Positions 1 through 10,343 of a stretch of DNA of 57,247 nucleotides are shown piece after piece. The translations under genes and the position numbers were made by a program. Every line of letters begins with the position of its first letter. Within the stretch, counting starts at the first letter, position 1. The notes beneath the pieces are model-generated. The model was given only the letters and a program-made list of their open reading frames with translations, was not told the DNA's origin and searched no databases. Origin of the DNA: a virus (taxonomy: Duplodnaviria > Caudoviricetes). The DNA is taken from positions 1 to 57,247 of IMG/VR virus record IMGVR_UViG_3300030107_006392. One strand, written 5' to 3'.

Positions 1-102
1 AGGCATCATAGATGAATCAGCAACCGTTCCTCCTAATGCTCCGAATGATGCACCTGTACTAAGCGGATTATTAAGCATAGATTCAGTTACCTTTTGAGCG
101 CC
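1..102. repeat. Left-end copy of 56876-56977 (100/102 identical)
   Basis: Direct comparison; differences at 72/56947 and 95/56970. Confidence 0.95.
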
Positions 103-1179
103 AGTTGTTAAACCAGGAGAAATATCTATTGCTGGCTTTCCAAATTGTATTGCTGGAAAATTACCTGATGCTGAACTTAGTATCTCCGCCACACTATCAC
201 CATTATTTGCTAATGCAGCGCTTGCTGCATCTGTTGGTTTTCCTCCTAAAGCTTGTGTTGGTTTTCCTCCTAAAGCTTGGCTAAGACCACCAAGAGCGGC
301 GCTTCCAATTCCTGCCGTAAGACCAGCAGTCATTCCTTTCTTTAAAGGATCATCTTCTCCAAGAGCAAAACTTTGAAGAGCCTGCCCTCCTCCTGCTCCT
401 AAACCAGTAGCCAGAGCAGTTCCTAAAACTCCTCCACCAAATGCCCCACTCAAAAGTCCTGGTGCAAATGCAGCACCAAGAGCAGGCATCAAGAACCCTT
501 CAGGCAATCCCGTCACAGGATTTCTCGTAACTCCTCCCAAAGAAGCAAGTCCAGCTACCTCATCAGGACGCATATGCATAAGCATAGTATCACCGCCACG
601 CCCTTGAGCAGCTAACATATTAGCTTGATTGCGTAAATTAACCATACCGCCTCCTTCTGCAACTCTTCTTATTTTATAAGGTTCTGGTGCTCCCTCTGGA
701 TCAACAGTATCAAAAATATTCCTACTAGGAGTGGACGGAATACTAGGTATTAATTGACCTGAACCCAATTCTTCACCCCCTTTTATTGAAAAATTTCCAA
801 CTGAAACACTTGGTTTATCTCCTAAATTAATACTAGCCAAATTAGGATTTGTATCACTTGGAGAAGTAAGGCCTGTAATACTTCTAGCAATATTAGAAAA
901 AGCACCTATTCCTAATTTAGCTGGAATACTTAATCCTGCTGTAAGAATACCTAAAGGCACATCAATCAGAGCATCTCTAACTGTATAATTATATCCAAGT
1001 CCAGTTGATGGATCAGGAATATCATCTACAGACATAGATGCCCCATACTTTACATCTCCAGCTTGATTAGCACCTTCTGCTCCATAACCCATTCCATAAC
1101 CTAGTGGTCCCTCAAATGACTGTGTAGCATCATCCATGCCTGCACTGTACTCACCACCAAATTCTTCTCCAATTGCCAT
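1..1179 (-). CDS. Internal virion/ejection protein, 5' part; runs off the left end and continues in 56180-56875 through the end overlap (~624 aa in total)
   Basis: Not in the ORF track. ATG at 1179, open frame to base 1 (MAIGEEFGG...AQGRGGDTMLMHMRPDEVAGLASLGGVTRNPVTGLPEG...). Same frame and sequence as the 56180-57247 ORF in the overlap. Confidence 0.75.
   Translation of the reverse strand, partial: MAIGEEFGGEYSAGMDDATQSFEGPLGYGMGYGAEGANQAGDVKYGASMSVDDIPDPSTGLGYNYTVRDALIDVPLGILTAGLSIPAKLGIGAFSNIARSITGLTSPSDTNPNLASINLGDKPSVSVGNFSIKGGEELGSGQLIPSIPSTPSRNIFDTVDPEGAPEPYKIRRVAEGGGMVNLRNQANMLAAQGRGGDTMLMHMRPDEVAGLASLGGVTRNPVTGLPEGFLMPALGAAFAPGLLSGAFGGGVLGTALATGLGAGGGQALQSFALGEDDPLKKGMTAGLTAGIGSAALGGLSQALGGKPTQALGGKPTDAASAALANNGDSVAEILSSASGNFPAIQFGKPAIDISPGLTTGAQKVTESMLNNPLSTGASFGALGGTVADSSMMP
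274..333. repeat. Exact 60-bp copy of 57188-57247
   Basis: Direct comparison. Confidence 0.95.
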
Positions 1180-1188
1180 ATTTAATTC

Positions 1189-1485
1189 CTAAGAAGTAGT
1201 AACTGTTACTGTCCCAATACCAGAAGAAGCAGTAACCGAACTGCCGTACCCAATATTAGGTAATACAATTTTTAATATTCCATTATCATTATACACTGAA
1301 CCAGTTTCTAACTGTGCCCCGCTTGTAGGAAGATCCGTTAAAACTAAAGTTGTTCCACGAATAGGACCAGGATTACCTACCTGTTCTACTAAATAATTTA
1401 AAGTACGAATTAAATCATACATATATTGCGAATCATATTCCTTAGTAGGAACAGGAAAAACAGGAACTCCTGCTGTAAATGTCAT
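1189..1485 (-). CDS. Small tail-associated structural protein
   Basis: 98 aa, coupled to the nozzle gene; position in tail module. Confidence 0.5.
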   Translation of the reverse strand: MTFTAGVPVFPVPTKEYDSQYMYDLIRTLNYLVEQVGNPGPIRGTTLVLTDLPTSGAQLETGSVYNDNGILKIVLPNIGYGSSVTASSGIGTVTVTTS

Positions 1486-3779
1486 CGCCTTCCATCCGCA
1501 CGAATATTAATACGTGGAACTCCCAATCTCCACTGAACCCCTTCATTATCACTTGCAACTTTTAAAGCAATGCTTCGACCTCTAACCCTAATAAATGCTT
1601 GATTAGTAAACTGCTCAATGGGCGTTGTAGAGGTTCTAGTTACTGAAGCATCCTGTGACTGATCATATGTAGAGCCAGGAAAATTACGAGCTTTTATTGT
1701 AAAAGTTGCACTTGGATCAGAAGAAGTAGAACCATCAAAAGTCATATCAGGAATTAATCTATCAACAAAACTAAACACCTCTCCCTGTCCTATATCAAAT
1801 TGAGAACTTTCAACATAAGATGTAATAGGGTCTCCATCATTATCATTTCCGTTCTCATGATTAAAAAGATACGGATTAGATTCAATGCCCGTAGCTTGTG
1901 GGAAAGAACGTATGCCTCTATCAATCCAAGCTGTTCTAGCTAACGAACCATAGTACCAGACATTTTCTCCATAATTATAAATAATATAAGAATCATTTTC
2001 TTGTGATTCAGATGAAGGATAGAACCAAATAGCTTCCGTAAACTCTGAATTAATTCCTGCATAAATTGTACGAAGTCTGTTACTATTTAAATTTCCAAAT
2101 ACTTTAAATCTTACAGGGCATGGTAGTTGCTGAACCCTTCCATCGTACTTGTAAAAAGTTTCACGACCCATCCAAAACAATACATCATCAACATTGCCTA
2201 CAGCATTCGGTGAAATAATAGTAGTGTTATTAGAAATTTGAGTAAATGCAAAAGTATCTGGCGCTCCGACAAATGTCATGGAATACATCGCAGTATCTGT
2301 CCAGATAATAATTTCACGTTTAGTTTCTACTGCTTTTACAAATTCAGACCCAGAACCCAAAGGCATATCCCCTGCCGTAGCACCCGTAATGTCCCAATCT
2401 GTTACGCTTTCTGCATTTGACCAGCGAACAAGCAATGCGTCTTGTTGCGTAGATCCTGCTGGATTTGTACCAAAACAAATAACATGTCCGTCTCTATCCG
2501 AAGTAAGAACTTGACGTGCCACTACAGGCACATCAATTCCTCCAGACAAACTAGTTAAATTAACTCCTCTAGTTAAAACTCCATTTGTTTTTTGCCATAT
2601 ATAAACAGCACCATCGCGCACATTAAACAACAAGTCTTCTTCATAATTATCTTGTGACCACAACCTTATTTCATTTAATACAGTTGTATCTGCTCCTTGA
2701 CCCCAACCAATAAAACTTCTTGCATCCTGAACAGTTGATCCATCACTATGAGTAGCACCTGTGGTTCCCCTTGTTGCACGAGCAATACCCGTTAAATCAT
2801 TAGTAGAAATTCCCGTGTACGTTATCAACTCACTGTTAATTAACACAACACCTAAATATGTAACAGTAGCCCCTGCGGTGTGACCTGCGGCTGTAGTTCC
2901 AAACGCCCCTCTAGTAAGATCAGTAAAAACATTCCCATTTAAAGTTCCGTATTTTATTACCTCTGACCCAATAGTAATTGTTCCTTTATCAGCAAATCCT
3001 GTAGAACTAGCTACCGTAATAGAGGTATCGCTATCTAAAATTGTAGAACTTAAAGAAGAAGATCCAGAAGAAAAATCTGTAGCACTCGTTAAAGTAATGT
3101 TAGAAGTGCTTGAAGTGCTGGATATAGCGCCATTAAGAGTGGTTGCTGCTTCTCCTAAAACTTGTCCTCCCCATAATCCAGCGCCCCATCCATTTCCACC
3201 TGATGAGGAATTAAGCCCAGTATTTATTTGATAGATTGCGGTAAAAGAATCTCCTCCTGATCCCGCACCCGATGAGGTGGCCGCGGAGTCAACAGTTATT
3301 ACATAAACATTAGAATCAGTAACACTTGTTATTTGATGCTCTATATTTAAAGAAGCCGCAGGAATACCATTAACTGCGCTTAGTCCTGTGAAGGAAACAA
3401 AATCATTAACTACAGCACCATGACCTATATCAGTAACCGTAATAGTTTTTTCGGTATTAACTGTAACCAAAGCCGCCGCTGTTAAAGTAACAGTTCGACT
3501 TATAGGCGTTATGTCATAAAAAGAATTTCCTTCTTCTAGGTAAAATTTAAGATTAGTTCCAAGACCTAAAAAATTTGACCCATCTAATGTTACCCAATTA
3601 TGCAAAGATCGACAGGCTCCTTGAAAAGAAGAAGGAGAAGCCTTAGTCCAACCACCTATTTTTTCTGGCAACCCATATCTAAATCTAATTTTATCACAAT
3701 CAAACCATCCACCTTCATTAGCATAAGAAGTTGTATCTCTAACAATTCCTGGTCTAAATGTAATGTTCTGATAGGCCAT
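1482..3779 (-). CDS. Tail nozzle/DNA-stabilisation protein (P22 gp10 / tubular B-like) with inserted Thr/Ser-rich beta domains
   Basis: 765 aa; FRPGI..EGGW.DCDKIRFR N-terminus, LLVRWS, IIIWTD, LFWMG, C-terminal R.RGR...DGRR. Confidence 0.75.
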   Translation of the reverse strand: MAYQNITFRPGIVRDTTSYANEGGWFDCDKIRFRYGLPEKIGGWTKASPSSFQGACRSLHNWVTLDGSNFLGLGTNLKFYLEEGNSFYDITPISRTVTLTAAALVTVNTEKTITVTDIGHGAVVNDFVSFTGLSAVNGIPAASLNIEHQITSVTDSNVYVITVDSAATSSGAGSGGDSFTAIYQINTGLNSSSGGNGWGAGLWGGQVLGEAATTLNGAISSTSSTSNITLTSATDFSSGSSSLSSTILDSDTSITVASSTGFADKGTITIGSEVIKYGTLNGNVFTDLTRGAFGTTAAGHTAGATVTYLGVVLINSELITYTGISTNDLTGIARATRGTTGATHSDGSTVQDARSFIGWGQGADTTVLNEIRLWSQDNYEEDLLFNVRDGAVYIWQKTNGVLTRGVNLTSLSGGIDVPVVARQVLTSDRDGHVICFGTNPAGSTQQDALLVRWSNAESVTDWDITGATAGDMPLGSGSEFVKAVETKREIIIWTDTAMYSMTFVGAPDTFAFTQISNNTTIISPNAVGNVDDVLFWMGRETFYKYDGRVQQLPCPVRFKVFGNLNSNRLRTIYAGINSEFTEAIWFYPSSESQENDSYIIYNYGENVWYYGSLARTAWIDRGIRSFPQATGIESNPYLFNHENGNDNDGDPITSYVESSQFDIGQGEVFSFVDRLIPDMTFDGSTSSDPSATFTIKARNFPGSTYDQSQDASVTRTSTTPIEQFTNQAFIRVRGRSIALKVASDNEGVQWRLGVPRINIRADGRR

Positions 3780-3784
3780 ACAAG

Positions 3785-4327
3785 TTACTCCACTAACTCA
3801 GGCCAATCATACAAAATACCTGTTGTTGTAGAGCTTCCATCATTGTTTGCCGTGGTCTTTAAAAACAATGCTTCTATTGCATCAGTATCTCCAGCATCAT
3901 CGATAGCTGTTTCCATTTCTGTTGCTTTAGCGCGGATAGCGTCTCGCCATGTTTGAATGTTTGAAGGGATAGCTGTACCTTTGTCTGTTTTTCTAATTAC
4001 AGCCCAATCTGTTTGTAGCAACAATTGTCGTTGCTGTTCCTTTACTTCATTTTTTAATGTTGTCTTTACTCCGTAAGTTGTCACGCCATTTGATGTAACA
4101 TCATCTAAATTTCTTTTCGTGGAGTTAACACTGCCATCTGCATTATGAGAAGAATTATATAATTTGTGATTTGGGAAAGGCTGTAGAACAATCTCTTCTA
4201 TCCCAGCTTCTTTCTTTTCTTCTTCCGACCACAACCCCCAAGTGCTAGGGTGTGTTATTCCTTCATCAGAAACCCAACTTTGACCTAAGTTAATGGTTTT
4301 ACTTCCAGCTTTAAAAATTGAAGACAT
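3785..4327 (-). CDS. Tail fibre assembly chaperone-like protein
   Basis: LLQTDWAVIRK...IP...WRDAIR...WP motif; downstream of the fibre genes. Confidence 0.65.
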   Translation of the reverse strand: MSSIFKAGSKTINLGQSWVSDEGITHPSTWGLWSEEEKKEAGIEEIVLQPFPNHKLYNSSHNADGSVNSTKRNLDDVTSNGVTTYGVKTTLKNEVKEQQRQLLLQTDWAVIRKTDKGTAIPSNIQTWRDAIRAKATEMETAIDDAGDTDAIEALFLKTTANNDGSSTTTGILYDWPELVE

Positions 4328-4354
4328 GATTAAAATCCTTTATTATTAAAAAGT

Positions 4355-4558
4355 TCATAACGATCCCTTCCAAGTTATCCCAGCTAACAAAAGGATAATA
4401 GCACCAGCAGAACTCATTAGAACTATTTCAAGTCGTTTTAATCGAGCAGCTACCATAGAATATCTTTCAGCGCACACAGCTTCGTGGGTTTTAAGATGAG
4501 CAGATAATTCTGCTAAATCTTTTGCTATTTGTTCTCCAAATAATTTCTTTTGTGCCAT
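4355..4558 (-). CDS. Small coiled-coil protein with C-terminal TM helix
   Basis: HEAVCAERY...LKRLE plus hydrophobic C-terminus. Confidence 0.6.
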   Translation of the reverse strand: MAQKKLFGEQIAKDLAELSAHLKTHEAVCAERYSMVAARLKRLEIVLMSSAGAIILLLAGITWKGSL

Positions 4559-7065
4559 TATCTAGCCCTGTTATTAGACTCAAAAGGTGATCTTGCCCAA
4601 GCAATAAACATATATTCTTGTCCACTTGCATTATGTTCTGAAGCACCCGTTAAAGATTTAAAACCATTGCTATAAATATTAAAAGGACTCGATCCTAAAT
4701 TAGCATCTGTCTCATTAGAGCTAAGTCTTAAAGATCTATCCGTAGGATTTCCGTAAGCATTTGTAGTTTGCACATCGTTATAAACTGCCCAATTTGCTGT
4801 AGTATCTATTGATTTTATCCAAATCATCGAGGGTCTCATGCCCGTCCAGACAAAGGGACCCGATGTGGTTCCGTTCCCAACATAGGAACTTATCCGATTA
4901 AAACCAGGTATTTCAACAAACACATATGCTGACAGTGTATCACCAGAGCCATTTGTAAAAGTATGAGTCCCCACACCGATAGATGTGGTGCCTCCAGCCG
5001 TTGGGTCGGGACCCCATTGGCGATCATCTCCCCATACGTATTCTTGGCTTTCTGTTGCAAATCCAATATAACCTCGCGCTGGCATAACTTTGTGCCAACA
5101 AATAGAAACTGAATTTTTATTTGTTGCTTTTACAAACATAAATTCAACTTTCTTACCAAGCCCATGTAAAATTGTTGATGCGGAACCATTCCCAGTAAAT
5201 TGAATTATGCTTAATCCATTATCTGGATTAGCAGCTCTTGTTATATTGGTTTGCGAACTGTCACTAATTTTAGTCATGCCATTTGTAACTGTTCCGCTAG
5301 ATCCAGTTTTCCAATTAAATGCTAAATATTTTTCGGCAGAAGTATTTACTTGAGCAAAAGTTCCTAATGTAAAGCCATCAGAATCAAAACTTTTAAGCGA
5401 TTGTGCCGTTGTTACTATCCCGCCCAGATCGCTTCTGTTTGGACTCCAATGTTTTGTAGCTCCATTGACATTATCGAACAGCATCCAATCATCTGTTGCA
5501 TCAAGATTTTTAATAAGAACAAATCCAGGTTGAAAGCTTAAACTAGATATTTCTAGTTCGCTTCCTGTTCCTGTATATTGAAGTGGTTCGCATTGGTCAG
5601 TAGATTTGGGGACAGTAGGTGTTGTTATATTGGCAACATTTAAAGTTTTGAAACCAGTTGGCGGGGTGTATGATAGAGTCTGTTGACCACAGTTTAATTC
5701 AATCGTGCCCGCTGCACCATACCCAAGAACAGGCGTGTAATCCGTATCTGTCAAATCCGTATATGCGGCATTAGTTCCAGCGGCTGGATCACCTGATGCT
5801 TGCCAAGTATTATTAAGGCCCCACCAAATCTTATTGTTATCTAAATCTACTGCACACTGAAGAATATCATCCGCACTTGCGCCACTACCGTAAGAGGTTT
5901 GAGACCCATCTTTCACTTTGGCGCCACTGTAGGGGTTATAGTAATAAATCCCAGTGGAGTTCATATTGGCAGACGTGTCTAAACTACCATAATAGGTACC
6001 TGCGAGAACGCCTGTACTAGCTAAGTTAACTCCAGAAACTTTGGTTTCCCAGTACCATTGTCCACTAGTAAGTCTGGCAATAGAAAACTGTGCAACATAA
6101 TCTGCAACATATACACCTTTTAAATTACCTAAAGAAATTGTAACATCATTGTTTCCTGCAACATTAACTGCTTCTGGATTTATTCTTCCATAGTTTCCTA
6201 AAGAACTATCCGCATCGTTTGTAGTTACATCTACCTGTCTGTTTTTCGCAGCAGTTATTGTCGAACTATGAAGCAATGCAAAATGACCATCGTTTCCAGA
6301 AGTATCCGCACCCATGCCACTGGCGTTTTGACCTGTGCCTGTTTCTTTAAATTGCAATCTAAAACCATTGTTTCCATATGTTACAGAATTAGGATCTATA
6401 GGAGTCCATATGCCTGTATCTGAATTTATTTCTCCAAATGAAGTTGGATCATAAGCAGTACCGTCTATAAAGATGCAATCTCCTGCAAGCACAAACCCCG
6501 CCTCGTTACGTGATGAAGTACTAGAATGGTCCACATCTGTACCTAGTACTTGAGTGGGTGCTGTCCCTGAACCAGTATAAGCAAACCCTCGAAATACTTG
6601 ATCTTCGGCGGGCCAGCTAGCAGAAGATGTATCCGTAACTTGTACGCCATTAACATATAGTTTTACTCTATTTGTATCAGTGCTTTGAGTAGTATCAATA
6701 GCTAAAACAAAATGGTAAAATGCTGAAGTATCTTGAAATTTAGGAGACCATGTAATATCGGCATTGTTACCTGCACCAAGCCACATATTTATTTGATCAA
6801 TTGAATTAAAAATAAATGCATCATGCCCACCACTTCCAGCAGCCACACCATTATTAGCAGCAAAAATACCTTGGGATGCGGTTCCAATAACAGATCTTTT
6901 TATCCACGCGGATAAAGTCATTTTAGTAGTGCTTGTTGAAGTACTTGACAATTGCCTTTGCATGGCTTCATCGTTAGCTCTAAAAAAGGCAAACGAATTA
7001 GATACAGTGTAACTACCTGACCCTGCAGCTCCACTTCCAAACCATTGTGATCCAAACATAGGCAT
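4558..7065 (-). CDS. Tail fibre/receptor-binding protein with LamG/ConA-like and SPRY-like domains
   Basis: MTLSAWIKRS, YHFVLAIDTT...KLYVNG (LamG); GQWYWE, AVDLDNNKIWWG (SPRY); YTGTG/FQPGFVLIK repeats. Confidence 0.75.
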   Translation of the reverse strand: MPMFGSQWFGSGAAGSGSYTVSNSFAFFRANDEAMQRQLSSTSTSTTKMTLSAWIKRSVIGTASQGIFAANNGVAAGSGGHDAFIFNSIDQINMWLGAGNNADITWSPKFQDTSAFYHFVLAIDTTQSTDTNRVKLYVNGVQVTDTSSASWPAEDQVFRGFAYTGSGTAPTQVLGTDVDHSSTSSRNEAGFVLAGDCIFIDGTAYDPTSFGEINSDTGIWTPIDPNSVTYGNNGFRLQFKETGTGQNASGMGADTSGNDGHFALLHSSTITAAKNRQVDVTTNDADSSLGNYGRINPEAVNVAGNNDVTISLGNLKGVYVADYVAQFSIARLTSGQWYWETKVSGVNLASTGVLAGTYYGSLDTSANMNSTGIYYYNPYSGAKVKDGSQTSYGSGASADDILQCAVDLDNNKIWWGLNNTWQASGDPAAGTNAAYTDLTDTDYTPVLGYGAAGTIELNCGQQTLSYTPPTGFKTLNVANITTPTVPKSTDQCEPLQYTGTGSELEISSLSFQPGFVLIKNLDATDDWMLFDNVNGATKHWSPNRSDLGGIVTTAQSLKSFDSDGFTLGTFAQVNTSAEKYLAFNWKTGSSGTVTNGMTKISDSSQTNITRAANPDNGLSIIQFTGNGSASTILHGLGKKVEFMFVKATNKNSVSICWHKVMPARGYIGFATESQEYVWGDDRQWGPDPTAGGTTSIGVGTHTFTNGSGDTLSAYVFVEIPGFNRISSYVGNGTTSGPFVWTGMRPSMIWIKSIDTTANWAVYNDVQTTNAYGNPTDRSLRLSSNETDANLGSSPFNIYSNGFKSLTGASEHNASGQEYMFIAWARSPFESNNRAR

Positions 7066-8279
7066 TAGCTAAACGCCAACTGTGGGGTGCCAAGTTGAAT
7101 AGAACCAGAAGCCTTTACAAAGTACGGAACCACATCTACTGCACTTGCTGCTGTACTAAGGGTAATTCCTGCTCCAGCAGGACTTTCATAATCCGTACCA
7201 AGGCTTAAAGTTCTTGATCCAGTACCATCTTGAATAAAAACAAATACTCCTGATTGACCCACAGATTCAGTGGATGGATTATCAAGTGTTACATTGCCTG
7301 TAAGGGTTAAAACAAAATTTTGATGAGCAGAAAAATCAATGGTCACATTACCAGTGTTTGATGTATCCGTATCAGTTTCTGCAAGTATAATTGTGCCACC
7401 ATTTAATTGACCAGCAATTGTTACATTTGTGGTTCCTGTAGGAATTTCAATAACATCTGCATCCGCATCATTTTTAATCGTGACATCGTTAGTTGCACCT
7501 TGACCCGTAAGAATAAGACCTTCCGCAGCAGTGTACCCCATTGCCGCGTTATCTCCCGCAGAGGTGTCTCCATCAGCATTAACCGTAGATGCTGTGACAT
7601 CTCCAACTATGTCTACATTTGTAGCTCCTGTAGCAATTGTAATTACATCAGCGTCTGCGTCATTTTTAATTGTTACATCATTACTAGAACCTTGTCCTGT
7701 AAGAATTAAACCTTCAGCAGCAGTATACCCAACAGCCGCTTTGTCACTAGCCGCAGTATCTCCTAAAGCATTAAAAGTACCACTTGAAGTAACATCTCCA
7801 GAAGCAGTTAAAGTAGCTAATTGTAAATTGGATAGAGCATCTACAACAGCCGCTCCTGACCCTGCTCCGTCCATGTAAACAATGGCAGACTTGCCATTTT
7901 CTATTGTTATATTTGCTCCAGACCCTTGCGTTAAAATAACAGAATAAGGTCCACTAGATCCTGAATCTGTGGTTGCATTTATTATAATAAAAAAGGCAGC
8001 AGTAGTGTTAGGAGCCACCGTTACAGTGTTATTTGCACCGAGTGCTCCCGTAAATTTAATTACGCGATACATGCCATCCTGAAGATTTTCAGTTCCAGAT
8101 CCAGGCGCAGCCTCTCTTACTGTTAACGTATGCGTAGTTCCAGAAAGACCTACCGCTTTGTAAGAAGCTATTCTATCAAGAATATCAAGATTGTGGTTGG
8201 TGGTAGTTCCCCACGCCCCAGACTGCTCACCAGAACCTATTTTCTCTATACCAAAACTTGTTGTATAAGTGCTTGCCAT
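7065..8279 (-). CDS. Tail fibre protein with an internal ~63-aa duplication
   Basis: Start MASTY at 8279 after GAGG; GEQSGAWGTTTN N-terminal anchor; C-terminal QDGTGSRTL motif. Confidence 0.75.
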   Translation of the reverse strand: MASTYTTSFGIEKIGSGEQSGAWGTTTNHNLDILDRIASYKAVGLSGTTHTLTVREAAPGSGTENLQDGMYRVIKFTGALGANNTVTVAPNTTAAFFIIINATTDSGSSGPYSVILTQGSGANITIENGKSAIVYMDGAGSGAAVVDALSNLQLATLTASGDVTSSGTFNALGDTAASDKAAVGYTAAEGLILTGQGSSNDVTIKNDADADVITIATGATNVDIVGDVTASTVNADGDTSAGDNAAMGYTAAEGLILTGQGATNDVTIKNDADADVIEIPTGTTNVTIAGQLNGGTIILAETDTDTSNTGNVTIDFSAHQNFVLTLTGNVTLDNPSTESVGQSGVFVFIQDGTGSRTLSLGTDYESPAGAGITLSTAASAVDVVPYFVKASGSIQLGTPQLAFS

Positions 8280-8286
8280 AATTACC

Positions 8287-8889
8287 TCACGCCACGTCCC
8301 TGTTTCCAATTTCTACCCAGTTAGGTGTTTGGCTTGGGACAATAGGTTGCCAAACAACTGAGGAATTAATTATACTTGTAATTTCTAAACCTGTAACTCC
8401 TACTGTCATTTCCGTAATAGATACCGTGCCAATAGCACTAGAAGCTTGTACCCCAGTTTCAACAACAGTAACACCTGTTCCTTCAGTTACTGATTCTGTT
8501 CCAGTTGTTCCTGCAGCTTGAACACCAGTTACACTAAAACTAATGCCACCTTCTATATCAAAAGTGCCAATGCTAAAACTAGAAGAAACACTAGTAGGAC
8601 TAATAGTAGCATCACCTGAGACAGTATAGCCTGTGCCTATAGCAAAAGAACCTGATACACCACTCTCAACAATGGTTATACCAGTACCTTGACCTACAGA
8701 ATAACTTCCAAAAGAATACTGAGCAAGTATTCCTGTCTCTGAAACAGTAACACCTGTTCCCTCAACAACAGATTCCGAGCCAACATTCATTGACATGGAA
8801 AGGCTAGACAGCCCTCCTTCATTCCACGCCCCTTGATTCCATCCAGCACGGCCCCAGCCTGTGCCAAAAATAATGGTGACGCTTGACAT
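8287..8889 (-). CDS. Tail structural protein (GWG N-terminus, V/T/G-rich beta repeats)
   Basis: Composition and synteny. Confidence 0.55.
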   Translation of the reverse strand: MSSVTIIFGTGWGRAGWNQGAWNEGGLSSLSMSMNVGSESVVEGTGVTVSETGILAQYSFGSYSVGQGTGITIVESGVSGSFAIGTGYTVSGDATISPTSVSSSFSIGTFDIEGGISFSVTGVQAAGTTGTESVTEGTGVTVVETGVQASSAIGTVSITEMTVGVTGLEITSIINSSVVWQPIVPSQTPNWVEIGNRDVA

Positions 8890-8892
8890 AAT

Positions 8893-9402
8893 TTAAGCTA
8901 AACGAATGATCGCATTATTAGCATCGTTTGCTGGATACTGAATAGTAAAGTCTCCTGAACTAGAGGATTTGTTTCCTCCAAAATCCAATACTGCAACAGA
9001 TGGATAAGCTGCGTGACCCACATCACCACCTGTTCCCGAAGTGCTTAAAGTATAATTATAAATTACAGCACAACGAGCATTGGAGATTGTAGACGAACTC
9101 CAAGTTGTATCAGCAAAATCTAAAAAAGCTGTAGGCACAGCGCTACTGTTATCAGAAAGTCCTAGTGTAACGCTACCTAAAGCTTGACCCTTAGCAGTAT
9201 AATTGGTTCCACTAACTTCATTAGTGGCCGTATATCCTGTTAAGTCTTCATTTGCATCGGTACGACTAGCAGTAAACATGGCGATATAAAAAGTATCTGC
9301 TGCTATAGAGCTTGAACCAGTGCGCGAATGCGACATCCAAAAGTGAATACCGCAAGTGATTTCTTTTTTATAAGAACCACACATTGCTTGATTAATTGCC
9401 AT
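8893..9402 (-). CDS. Virion structural protein
   Basis: NEVSGTNYTAKG, VAVLDFGGNK..SGDFTIQ motifs typical of phage tail-module proteins. Confidence 0.6.
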   Translation of the reverse strand: MAINQAMCGSYKKEITCGIHFWMSHSRTGSSSIAADTFYIAMFTASRTDANEDLTGYTATNEVSGTNYTAKGQALGSVTLGLSDNSSAVPTAFLDFADTTWSSSTISNARCAVIYNYTLSTSGTGGDVGHAAYPSVAVLDFGGNKSSSSGDFTIQYPANDANNAIIRLA

Positions 9403-9701
9403 TACAATCTCCTTATAATTTCAGCTTCCTTATGAAAGCCTTCTTTTTTTAAAATGTTCCACAAGGTGGTACGGTCCGATGTTATAGCCCTCTGTAAATA
9501 CTCCGCAATAACTGCTTTAACTTTTTCACGAAAAGCGAGAGCTTGCTCACGAACATGAGGCGGAGCATCATTTGAAATAGAACAAATTTTATTAACGCAC
9601 ATTTCAGCCATCTCTTCTGAAGAGTGCCCTCGATCATTTGTAGTAAATACTTTAACAGGACCAATCTCCCCTGTTCCTACAGAACTATTATCAAATGTCA
9701 T
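9402..9701 (-). CDS. Hypothetical phage protein
   Basis: 99 aa, translationally coupled within the operon. Confidence 0.6.
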   Translation of the reverse strand: MTFDNSSVGTGEIGPVKVFTTNDRGHSSEEMAEMCVNKICSISNDAPPHVREQALAFREKVKAVIAEYLQRAITSDRTTLWNILKKEGFHKEAEIIRRL

Positions 9702-10339
9702 GTAACTTCAATCCTCAACTGACCTGATCTATAAACATCTTTTCTATCTCTACCTTCACCAAGATTTTTAAGTCTTGGCAAGCACTCTTGGTAACGACCT
9801 TGATAATAACTTAATAATTCAGGATCGCCTTTCATAAATATATAAGCTTCTATTAAACAAGCATAAAGCAATGTATCCGAAGCATTTGTTCCTAGCCATG
9901 TAGTTGTATTAGTGGAAGATAAACCTTCAGGAGAATAAACATAATGAAACTCCATTGTATAATCTACATCAGGCAACGGAGCTACAATTAAATTTGTATC
10001 ATTAAAAATTGCATAGAACTTTGGTCTTCCTGTTTCTGTTGTATCAGGATAGGACTCTTGAATAAAATTAACATCTTTGTTAAGGAGGAAATGATATGTG
10101 TTGGAAGAAATAACCGATAAAGAAAAAGGCGCTAAAAAATCATTAGGCAACGCTAAGTATTTATTTGACGCAGATAAAGTTCCTTGTTGGTTTTTACGAA
10201 ACACCGCCAGTTGAGTTTCTAATAAAATTCGTTGTTCTGCATTAGAAATAAACTGATCAATCTGAGAAACAAAAACTGTTTCTGTATTGTCCGTATAATC
10301 TTTAATTGCTTGCACCAAAGTAGAATAAGTTAAAGACAT
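9698..10339 (-). CDS. Head-tail adaptor/tail tubular A-like protein
   Basis: FISNAEQRI, LPNDFL, GRPKFYA, P.PD..Y, LLYACLIEAY. Confidence 0.7.
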   Translation of the reverse strand: MSLTYSTLVQAIKDYTDNTETVFVSQIDQFISNAEQRILLETQLAVFRKNQQGTLSASNKYLALPNDFLAPFSLSVISSNTYHFLLNKDVNFIQESYPDTTETGRPKFYAIFNDTNLIVAPLPDVDYTMEFHYVYSPEGLSSTNTTTWLGTNASDTLLYACLIEAYIFMKGDPELLSYYQGRYQECLPRLKNLGEGRDRKDVYRSGQLRIEVT

Positions 10340-10343
10340 ATTG

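Noticed and set aside
1-333. True direct terminal repeat of the virion DNA
   Set aside because: The copies fall mid-gene, differ by SNPs and enclose different sequence; assembly circularity with a bubble explains this better
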